DNA of 64,000 bases from Podarcis tiliguerta. Taxonomy: Eukaryota. The DNA lies in NCBI GenBank assembly GCA_965153285.1, contig OZ229115.1. The stretch is one strand, 5' to 3'. Of the stretch, positions 12,501 to 24,500 are shown in pieces. Both the position numbers and the translations under genes were made by a program. The notes under the pieces were generated by a model. That model ran no database searches and was not told the DNA's origin. It was given only the letters and a program-made list of their open reading frames with translations. Within the stretch, counting starts at the first letter, position 1. Every line of letters starts with the position of its first letter.

Positions 12501-15500
12501 TAGACAAATTGTCATGTCCAGATTATTTTATTGGCAGGTACTAATTACACTAAAATGTGTGTTTGGCTTATTCTACAAATTTTTTGTGCAGTGATCTTAC
12601 CATTTTGTTCTTAGCGCTGTAATGGGATTCTGATAAGCTTTTGGATTTGCACGGTGCCTGCAGTTCATGTTTACTAACTTAAGGTCATCCTTTTTATGCA
12701 AAATTGGTTTTCTTTTAAGATCTGTGCATTTTAAACAAAATAACTGGATGAAACATTAAACTTTGTTGTATTCCCATTTTTATATTTTAATTATTGTATG
12801 AGAATGCAAGACTGCAGGTTGGCAACCCTGAATCCACAAGATCTTTTGTGACATTGAAAATCAGGAAACTGCACAGTTTTGTTGAAGAATTGGTTAATAT
12901 CCAATACTTATGCATAGTTAACTGTCTCAAGAATAATGATTAAGATGTACCTACCGTTTAGTAATCTGCATATGATTGGAGTTCACTGATCAGAATTAAT
13001 TTAAAATCACTGTTGTAATAGACACTTCTGTAGATGGTATTTTAAATATGCAAGTTTGTGTGACTGAAGTTTTAAAAATGAAAATGGGTTATGCTGTTGT
13101 AAACGAGGATAGTATACATAGTCACCAGTGTCCAATTTTCAAAGTAAAGGCTTTTTCTGTTTCTACTGAATTAATTATATTTTTATGCTGGGAGAGACTC
13201 CCCTTTATAGTGCAGTTGTACCTGACAACTATGTCCCCCTGCACTCTGCCTATTCCTGTACCTTAGTAAATAAGTAAAATACTGTTTTATATGGTTTTTG
13301 ATGTTTACATGTAATGCATAGCCTTTCCTTCTGTCAAGGGTACATTGATACTGAAAACTTGTACTTGCCTTTTCAGTTCTATACTAAAGTACCTTCTTTA
13401 GTCTCTAGAATATGCCAAATGTAATAATAGAATATGGGGTATTCTGGCAGTTGGACTGTATGTTGCAGAAATAAGAAAATTAAATAATTGCACTGTGAAC
13501 TTTGCAGGGATTAAAAGAAAAAAGTATCAAGTTGTAATTGCCTCTCATTATTGATACTATCACAACTTTCCCGATTGAGAGGAAAGCCTTTTAAATGCTG
13601 TTAACTGTTGTTAGGTATGACTTCAAAGATAAAATAGTTTTATTAACCTTTAAGTCTGTGCAGGTGCCTGCATCTGTAAGACTAGGTCTGGGCACAAATA
13701 ATGAGGTTTAAATACTGCCGATAGGCTAAATTTAGTGAAGTTCAGGTATTCTGAACTTTTAATATTACTTTTATGGAAAAATGGCTCAGATAGCTTTCTG
13801 TCTGGTCATACCTTGAAATTGCCCAGCCCTAATCAAGGCAAACCCTACCAAAGTAAAATATACATTGATTTGAGTTGATAAATGTCAACTGATGACTTGT
13901 CTTTTGAAATGTTTTAACTTTAGTAAGCTTACTTTNNNNNNNNNNNNNNNNNNNNNNNNNNNNNNNNNNNNNNNNNNNNNNNNNNNNNNNNNNNNNNNNN
14001 NNNNNNNNNNNNNNNNNNNNNNNNNNNNNNNNNNNNNNNNNNNNNNNNNNNNNNNNNNNNNNNNNNNNNNNNNNNNNNNNNNNNNNNNNNNNNNNNNNNN
14101 NNNNNNNNNNNNNNNNNNNNNNNNNNNNNNNNNNNNNNNNNNNNNNNNNNNNNNNNNNNNNNNNNNNNNNNNNNNNNNNNNNNNNNNNNNNNNNNNNNNN
14201 NNNNNNNNNNNNNNNNNNNNNNNNNNNNNNNNNNNNNNNNNNNNNNNNNNNNNNNNNNNNNNNNNNNNNNNNNNNNNNNNNNNNNNNNNNNNNNNNNNNG
14301 TGGATTTGGAAGCAGAAACTATGATGCTTTTGGAGGACCATCAACAGGCAGAGGCCGTGGCCGAGGAGTAAGTACAGAATCTTTTCAGATTCTTTTCACT
14401 AGTCACTCTTTTAAACCCTTTCAAGACCATAGCATTTAAAACAAACGGGCGCTGTCCAAACACAGTGCACTTTTGGCCAAACTGTTAGGGTTGATGACCT
14501 CCCAATCCCGTTTGGTATTTACCTAGAACTTAGCACCCAGTGTTTCTTCATTTGCAAGTAAAGCACTAAGAGATTAGTTGCTAAGGCTTTTTATCAAATC
14601 TCTCCTTTTGTTTGAAAGGTGAAGATTAAGGCAATGGGTTTGGTCTAAAAGGGGTTAAAAGGAATTGCATTTTTCCTTGTTAACACTAGCATCTTGGCTA
14701 GTGGGAGAAGTCTTGAATCATTGTAAAGGTTAATTAGAACCTTTCTCCGTTCTGAGTAGCTTAAAGGTGCAATGTATGTATACTGTTGAATTTTAGGGGT
14801 TGAATGCCATAAAGCTGATTTTGTCCTGATAGGCAGGCAATCAGTTCTACATACTCATTCTTAACTTAATGTAAGGTCCCTAGACTTACGTGGAGTAATG
14901 GGTATAATGAAGATGTGTAATAAGAAATGAGGTGATTTGAAACCATAGTTAAAGGGGCGCCATCAACTTAACTAATTGTTTCAGAATGAAAACTAACGGT
15001 GCACTGAACAGTTTTGTCTAACACTTGGATGATTTATATATAAAATTGCACACAACACGTTCTTGCATGCTGAATGTGATGTTCCAGTGCAGCTTCAAAA
15101 TTGCAGTTGAAACATTTTGAACAGAGTAAAGAAACTCAAATATTAGCAGGAAAAACTTTTTAACAGCTGCTAGACTCCTGATGGAGTACTTCAGGTTTAT
15201 AAGGTGATGATGTCCCATTAACTTACTTTATAATCTTATATCTCATTTTAGTACAAGAAGCTTATTTTGAGCTCATATATGCTATCATAAATCTCATAAG
15301 CATAATATGTTTCAAGAAACTAGCTCTAAAAAAAAACATAGGGTAGTTTATTTATAGCCTAAATGTAGCGATAAAGATCTTTAAAAAAAGAAAAGGTGGT
15401 CTTCATCCCTAAAGTGTTCTTTCAAAAACGTTTTTACCCATGTGGCATTCTGAAGGGTACAATTGGCATAATAAGATTTAACACAGAGAGACATAAAAGG

Positions 15501-18500
15501 AGCTAGGAGATTTCTTGTAGTTTGGTTATAAAGTACTTTGCATATTTGTGTAGCCCTTGTTGTCAAGACTTTATTTTTTTTTAAGTAGGTTTATGTTACT
15601 GAGTGAGTTAAAAGTCTCAGGGAGTATTGACAGTTCACTTTTTAAAACTTAAGTGTGCCTTTCTTGAACTTGAAATACTTTGAGGAATAAGCTACTTACT
15701 GTACTTAAAATGCATTGCACCTTTAATGGATCTGGAAATATTTGCTTGTGCAAATGTAAATCGCCTAGAAAGTGTCCTTTTGATTTATGTACATTCAGCG
15801 TGGAGATATTGCTAGATTGTTTTTTTGCTAGGGACCAATTTGTAGACAAAGTGAAATTTAGAACGTATGCATGGACTTTGTTAGCGTATTGTTATTTTAA
15901 TGTTCTCTAACATATTCTGGTGTGCTAATGCTATTTGTTAGTCAAGTTAGGGAAACTTATTTCTGCTTATATGATTTCACTTATCTGGTCAGATGAGCTT
16001 TCTTGATTTAATTAAATGTATCTGTAGGAAAGCTTGCCTGCCTTTTGGTTTGTTCCTTCTCTTCAGTTTGCTTCTATTTTCAGTGCCTTAAAATGTGTGG
16101 AACAAGCCAATTTAAGTATCCTTATGTAGATGTCTGAGACAGGAAGAAAGGAAATAGTCTTTTCACACCAGTAGCTGACAGTTTGATCCTTGTTTCAAAA
16201 CATTTCATGATACAAGGCAGTCTTGTTTTTCTGCACTCACTGTCGCAAACCTTCTCTTCTTGATATAGGATAGAAACACGTTTTTGGCTTTGTCTTTTGT
16301 TAAATGTATCATCTGGAGAATCTGAAGAGAGGGAATATAACTGAAATTAGAATTTAACTCGAGATCTGGATTTATGACTTCTCATAAGCAGAAATTCATT
16401 TGATATAAACACTTTGTGGTCAATTAACTGAAAAATGAATAAGCTTGCAGTTCTGATGTGTGTTAACTTGCTAGCATTGCGTTCTTTTCCCGGAGTTAAA
16501 ATATTTGTAAATATGTATTTGTAGGAATTATGTTTCTTGCCACCAGCCATGTCATTTTCTAATACTTGCTCTTCACCTGTTTACAGTACATGGGAGACTT
16601 TGGAGGCATGCATAGACCTGGAATTGTGGTAGACTATCATAACAAACCCAGTAATGCAGCAGTAGCTGCACGAGGAATAAAGAGAAAAATGATACAGCAG
16701 CCGTATAATAAACCAGGTGGGACATTTATCAAGAAACCCAAACTGACAAAACCTAATGTGAAGATGAACCAAAACAAACCTAGTAAGTAATTGAATGAAA
16801 GATACAAATAATAGCGCTATTTAACTTTTTCTGGGAGGAGACATTTATGATGATTTGCCATTCTTCATTTTTCAGCCTCAAAGCCCCTTTTGAAACTAGC
16901 ACAGATTAGAAAATTTAATCTGCTACTTAAAATGAAGTCACTTTATCAGATTTGTGCCTATATACTATTCTCCTGTGTGAAATGTTATCTTGGAAAATTA
17001 GTCCTTTAATACATGTACGCCTATATTTGGAACCTCTTCTGGCTTCTTTTATTGTGAAGACTGCTTGCTAGATGCTGTAGGATTGTTACCAAGAGAACAA
17101 TTGCTGCTTAGACGAATTTCAGACCTTAATGTTTGAATGTTTATGGAAATACAATATTCAGATCAGATTTTTTTTTGTTTCCCTTCTGCAAAGATTGTTG
17201 ACTTGCTATCTGAAACAACAACAGAAAGTTAACATTTTTTTTCTGCACTAACATCACTAAGCCTGTTTGTATAGATTGCTTTGTATGTGTATTTCACCTT
17301 AAATTTCCCCCTCGTACTTTTTGGGCTCAGTGTGTGGTTGCTATTTGAATTGACTTGAATTTTGAGAGGACTCCAAATGGCACACATGCCACTTTGCAAT
17401 ATCTCTGTTAGTGAAATACTCATAGTTGCGATAAATGGAGTATATGTGGCTAAGTTCTGTGGCAGAAACGTGAGAGGTGGGTGGAATGACTGTAACATAT
17501 TGCATGGTATCTCCACATGAATCCCTAGGTGATGGAGACTGGGCCACTTGCCATCAGTGTTGATGGGCAGGTTTGCTCTTCCTGAATGGCTGTGTATGAG
17601 AAAGTAAAGCAGGTTTTCCCAACCCGATGCCCTCAAGATGTATTGAACTACACCTGCCACCAGCTTTGGCCACTGGCCATGCTGCCTGGAGCTCATGGGA
17701 TTTGAAGTCCAATAATATCAGGAGGGCAGCAGGTTGGGGAATGCTGGAGTAATGGGTCGTCAGAGGGAATGCTGGTTGGGATGGGGGCATAAGTACTACC
17801 AAATTTACTTTCAGAACCTTGAAACCAAAATAAACATTTGCTTGCGAATGTAAATGTGCCATCAAATCTAATGCACACCTTAATTTTCGCAACGTAATTT
17901 GGCCAAAAATGGTGAGCTTTAGATTCGAGTAAATACAGTCACTTGCTGAATTAATCTAATATTGTGCATTTGGGTATTGCTCACTAACATCGCATCAGCT
18001 ATAGCTTGTGTTGTTCATGGGTTGCTTGTACAATAGGTACAAAAGATATTAAATATATATAATGAAAACTGGAAATTATATTTCCTCTTACAGTAGAAGC
18101 ATACCGGACTAGACTGAGAGATTTCTCATAAGGGTTTCTGCCTTCATCCATCCACCTGTTTCTATTTTGTCTTTATTTTGAGGTAGATTATCCTGTTTCT
18201 TGAACGTAAAAATATGTCCTACTGGTGCCCTTAAGCTACAATTTTTGTTTTTAACCAGCAAGAAATTGACAGTGGTCTCTGTTTGCTGGAAATATCTTCA
18301 AAACCTTGTTTCAGTTGTCTTCATTTCATTTAAGTCAATCTGAGATTTAGGCTTAAGACCTGAGATTTAAAAATTGTTCTTTATATGAATAAGTAACTTT
18401 TTAAAAAAGTCTTCTACTGTTATGGTCTTGTTTCCACAGTGTAATCAATGAGATGGTCTAAATTTTTGTTTACCATTTCTTGTTAATTCCTCTCACTGGG

Positions 18501-21500
18501 GTTGGTGGTCTGTTGAAAGCCTCAGGTATGCTATTCTACCTTTGGAGTTTGAGAGTAATTGTAGTAAACACAACTGATTCGTTCATGCGCACAATATGAT
18601 GACGGATTTTAAGTGTGATATAAACAACGGTGAATTGAATTTAAAAGGTGTGTAACCAATGAATGGAAAACCAATTACACAGTATGATGATGTAATCCTA
18701 CATGTGCTAGTTCTGCTGCATTCTCCCAGTTTTGATATAATTTCAGTACCAGTACAAGAGCTTGATTAATTCAAATTATATGTATTTTCTTTGTGGTTTT
18801 TTATATAACCTGCAACTGCATGCTAATTTCTTTAACATATTCTTTTAGTTTTCTATAACCAAGCTTCCTATTTTCCCAGTTTCCCAAGGATTTAAGCAAA
18901 ATGCTAGGTGAGACAAAATATTACACTGCAGCTTGATTCTCTTTAAATTTCTTCCTCCTTTCATGCTAATAGAGCCATGGACACCAAGCAAGAAGGCTAC
19001 TACAGAGGTAACGATCTCTAGCTTTGCAAAATATTGTGCTTTGCAACAAGCGTTAGAGTGTGTCTTGATAGTTAACACAAACACCATATATGATCTAGAA
19101 GGCCACGGGGCACAGTGATGCCTGTCCCAATGAGATTTTCCAGTCTCTCTCTCTCTCTCCCCCCCCCCGGCCCCCCTGATAGTGCTGGACTAGAATAAGA
19201 ACCTGCTGTTAATACAAGAGTGAGGATCTCTGTGGTGCAATCCAGAGAGCAATCTAAACATATTAGAATTCAGTGTCACACTATTCCAGTTGCTCCATTC
19301 TGGGGGGTTCTCACTGCAGAAGTGGAAGACGTTGCACTCGGCTTCCAGTAATGGGACTGGTTAGGTGAATCCTGCCCATTGAATTTTAAGGGTAGGCAAC
19401 TGGTGGTTCTTTTATATGTGCCATTGTGGTTTTAGTCTTAATAAGACATAATTGAAAGGCAAGATAAAAGCTATGTACTTGTGACTCTTCACCTACTTTC
19501 AGATTTTGGTCATGGAACCTGCATTTCTAAAAAAACACACATTTAATACATTTATATCCTTCCTTTCCATCATGGAACTCAATGCAATGTATGTGGGATT
19601 CCTAGGCAGTCTCTGATCGAGACTCGGGTGTTTTAGCTTCAGCATACTATTCAGTTGAACTTGTAGCTTATATTAAAAGACATCCAGTACTGAACTTGAG
19701 ATACTTCAGTGCTTGTAGTAGCTTAGTGTAAATTTATATATGCGGAGTCTCAATAAACTTGCAGGTTTCAAAATACTGGTTATATAGCCAAATAGCGGAT
19801 CTTCAGTCCAGTGGTTACAATAACTAGGAGGAAAGATTTTCTTTTTTAACCAATTGTTTCATTTTCAGCTTCTGTTCATGGTTGCTTTGAATCTATAGCC
19901 TGTTTACACAGGATTGCTGACAGTTTTATTTATCTAGATAAGGTCTAGAAAAATCCTAGGTACCTGACTGTCATGGCATGTTGGAACACTGAATTACATT
20001 TCAAGCTGGTTTGAACCTAGTACTTAAAGCACTCTGTGTAAGGAACTCTGAACTATTTCACAGCAATTTGTAGTTTTATTTGTTTCTCTTATAGTTGTGC
20101 TTTGTTAAATGAAATCCGTGGCTTTTAGGTGGCTTGCAGTTTAAATGCAGCATCGGTAATAGAATGAACACAGCAAAAACATAAAAAAATGGCTTGCATG
20201 AACATGGCACAACACAAAAACCAGAGATTCTCTCATAGCTTGGTAGAAACAAATGTTAAATGACATCCGCTAAAAGCTCAGTATAACAGTTCTGGTGCTC
20301 TTTGTCACATGTGCCACCACAGGAAAGTTCCTGCTTCCATTCTGAGTTCTGATGATGGACACCATGTAGGGAACCCCAGGAAATTTGCTGTATATGGGAA
20401 TGGTCTCATAGGAGCGTACATCCTCCTGAGATCGCTGGGGCAACTCATTACTAAAGTTGAAAGAGCAAAGGTTGAATAATGGAAACTTAATAGTAGGAAA
20501 GTGGAAATACACGTTGGTAAGATTAAAGGATAAGGAGACTTCCATTTCTGAGTTGGGCAGCTATTAGAAAAGCCAGGAAAATGGAAGCATTTTGTCCCAT
20601 CAGATCCTGAATGTTGAGCAAGATACAAATGCTTTTGTAGCTGACATGCTTGGTTGATGAGAATATTTTATCACGCCATGTGCAAAGTAGATGTTCCAAA
20701 TCTGATAAAATAATTTTGATCAGTCAAGCATGCCAGCGACAAGGACATTTGCATCCTGCCTAATATTCATGATCTGATGGGGCAAATTTACTTTTTACTT
20801 GTCTTTCTGATAGCTGCCCATTTTATGAATGGAAGTATCTTTAACTCTAAGGGTGCAATTCTAATGATAATTACAGTTTTAAATGCATTATGCTATGTAA
20901 TAGCGCAACTCTTCAAATGGTTTGACTGACGGATTGTTAATGACAAATAAGTGGAATTTAAAATTATCAGTGTCAGCAGAGTCCAATATTTTATCATATA
21001 GTGGAAGTTAACCTTCCTCTCCTCCACCCTTTGCCCCACCCCCACCACTCAGAACAAAATCTTTAGAGGGCAAGGAGAAGAGGAATGTGAAGTCCTGTTG
21101 TGTGAATGAGTGGATGCCTGCTCTACTCGCCCAAAGGCAGTGTTCAATGCAACCAAATTTACTCATCACCACAGTAAAAATGGTCTTGTACCAACTTAAC
21201 ATCCAGAAAAACACAACCAGAATTTACTTTTTAAATTCATTCCTCTTAATTCAAGCTGATCACTTCAGCTAATTGAATTGAAATGAATGTTTTCTTCCCG
21301 TTCTGGAATTAATGTGCCACGTTTTGTCTGCTCATCTGTTTACTCTGGAAACTTGTGCGTTTTGACCTTTCATTAGGGTAATGAAGCTGAAGCAGGTGGC
21401 GCAATTACAGATGAAGACTTTACACAGGATGCCTGTGATGGCATCTGTCAGGAATTTGAAGGTAAGCCTGCTTATTTTATCAGGTAACTCAAGGTACAGT

Positions 21501-24500
21501 GCTTCTACAGTTTCATCTGGTTACATTTTCAAGAAAAACTGTACTTAATGATGTGTTATTTCCTGCAGTTGTGTGTTTCATCTTCAAAACGGAGAATGTT
21601 TAGTTCCATGGCTCTTGACTGTGACAAATGTATCATTACTTGCTTGTGATAACGTTTTCTTTTCTACATCCAGATCATGTATACACAGCACTTTATTTGA
21701 CTTTCTGTTTCCTGTAGCATTAATGCCATCACTTAAAATTAGAGCTCTAGTATTGATCATCCTTATCTTTGTAGTCACTTAATATTTCATGGTATTGATT
21801 TTAAAGTAGACCAACTGCCAGCTGTTCTTCACCATAAATTGGTTGTGTTTATACATGCTGCTTATTAAAACAGGTAAACTATCTATTTCTAGGAGAAAGA
21901 TGTTTCAGTTGCTAAACCATATCTTCAAACCCACAAGCAAGAAAATTCTACATTGAGGCTGACATTCTGTCCTAAACTTCTTTTCCCCCTGATGTGCTTT
22001 GCTATTGTATATGGTCTGTATGATAAATGAGGAATGCTGGGAACTTGCTACAAATTGTATGGAGTTTCTTGTCTCAAAACCTTGCGTGTATCTCATACTG
22101 TGTAATAGGCTTTCCATTGAAATACTGTTCACTGTTTTGTTTGTGCTGCTATGATTACAAGGTGAAGCAGAATCTTCTTTTTTTTTTACTCCAAAATTGA
22201 ACCATCTTCAGGTTATCACTGAAGCCTGTTTTGAGATTCTAGTGTAGTGTTGTATCTGGATTCATATTGATGGCACCTTAGCAAATTTACAAGTTGTTCC
22301 GCTTAAATCTTCAAATAAAGCATCATGCTGGAAAGTAGGAGTCTTGAGTTGGTTTCTGGACTTGAGCCTCCATTCCTCTGGACTTCAGTAAATCTAGAGA
22401 TTTAGAAGGTGTCTGCTGATCTTGAGAGACAAGATGCAGACTTTCTCTACAGAACCCAATGTCAGATGGCTCATACAGCAGTTAAACAAGGACTCACTTG
22501 CGTTTCCTTTGAGGTAAGGTGCCACATTGCAAGTTCATCCCTATGGAGCGCTTTGGAGAGGCCTAGGGATTTCTTTGGTGGAATGGATTTCTCTGTGTGT
22601 ATGTGTAAAAATGCGAGTGGAGTGCTTGCTCTATGTACTGGGGGAATAGTACTTCATTGTTTGCTTATCACCTCCAAAAGTAATTGTAGGCTGTTCTGAT
22701 TATTATTCCTACCTTGGGTGTGAATAGCAGTCAGAAATTGACATCATTGGTACCTGTTTTTAATAAGGCAGATGTTTCTTTCAAAGAGACATGCAAAGGA
22801 GAGAACAGCTGTTTGGCTGCTTGAAAATCATGTCCAGATTGACATCAAAAACCCCATTTTGCCTGTGAATTGAAAACCTGCCCCCCCCATAAATGCATGG
22901 AATCCGTAACATCTTTGAAACGAAATTTTGAAGTTGCTTTTCTGAATATGCAACCTGTACTCGATGTTGTGTTGTAGTTTAGGGTTAAAGTCTTCCATTT
23001 TATTGGGATTTTGAAGTCTGCATGCTTTTCCTTTTCAGATAATAGTTTTCCCTATTCAATAAGCTGTCTTCACAATAAAACCAGGAAGCATCTAGCTTAA
23101 AACAGCATAAATTTTATGCAGCATTAAGTTTGATATCTCCTTGATTGTAGGCTCTACAACTGTTTACTGTTATCTGCTGGTCCCTTACATAGTAGTGCCT
23201 TTAGTATCTAGGCACAATGAGGTTAGGTTGGCTTTATCTTTTGCTAATTCTCAAACCTACACTGAAATGCTTGGATATTCCCTTTAGCTTTAAATTAACT
23301 AAGCCCTGGTAGATGCCATTGGCATAGGTGGCGTGACTTTATTCCTCCTTAATGACGCCATAAGTGTAGTGGTTGAGATGGAGTGGTGTAGGGTAAGTTG
23401 GACTTCACATTTCCCTCTTGTTGGAGTCCAGAACGCAATTATTTATTTAGCTCTTTATTTGTTTTTAGGCGTCAAGCCGGAGGTGAAAAATGAAGAGGAA
23501 GAAAAACGTCGTATTGAGGCAAGAAGAGAGAAGCAAAGGCGTAGAAGGGAGAAGAACAGTGAAAAGTATGGTGATGGTTACAGGTTTGTGGTGGAAATGT
23601 CATGAATTTGTCCCCAGCCAAAATTCACAGGCGTGCAAAGTGGGAATAGCATCTCCCTTATTCTGTCTTTGCTCTGCCTGCTCCATGGTGTCTTATGCCT
23701 GAGCTCCCCAATGCCACATAGACAGTATGCTATATTTCCATGTATCTGGAAGGGCAGACGCAATGTATTTCATGATAAGCCATTATTCCTGAACTATCAG
23801 GAGTACCCAAAGAATTATTCATTGTAAGGACAGAATGCCTGCACACCATGTTGAGGGATCTCCTAGCGAATTATCATTTAATCCTCTTGTGAAGAGTGTG
23901 TGCTTAGTTTCAGTGGAAAGCTTCACAAGTTGTAATGGGTTTATTTGGTTTTGTTACCCGTTTGTTATTGTTATTGTTGTTATATCTGTACCCCCGCCCA
24001 TCTGACTGCATTGCTGCAGCCACTCTGGGCAGCTTCCACATAATAAAACATAAAACATTAAAAACTTAACAATACAGGGATGGTATTGTGGCTAAATGTG
24101 AGCTGCAAGCCCAAAGGTTCTTGGTTCAAATTTTGCCATGGTCATAAGCTCATTGCAAGTTTCCATGTTCAGTATGGAGGTATAGTGCATGAAATAAATG
24201 TGTTGTGGCACTTGGAACATTTGAAATGCTATATAAAAATGGTAATTGTTGTGATTTATTGCTGTGGTTAAATGTTTGACAAGTAAAACTTGCTCAGCAC
24301 TGTCTGGCAGCGACATCAGATGATGTCCACCCACTTGCTCAATGGGACTTCCTGTCCCTTTTCTCCCTCCACATGCCCCCATATGTGTGGAGCAGATTTT
24401 GGGAGCTCATGGAGGGCTGAGGAGGGAGGAGAAGTCTGTTGCGGAACTGGGATGCCCATTTGCACTATGTTGGATTCATCCAGGGTCTTTGATTCTATAT

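Noticed and set aside
13829-14371. Long ORFs through N-runs (also 48246-48636 and 63760-63966)
   Set aside because: Artefacts of translating N as X; the real exon frame at 14300-14367 differs from the listed ORF
20323-20365. Exon-like segments at 20323 and 21053 in the cassette-bearing intron
   Set aside because: Phases give early stops or do not fit neighbouring exons, and donors are weak; cannot be supported, though minor poison use is not excluded
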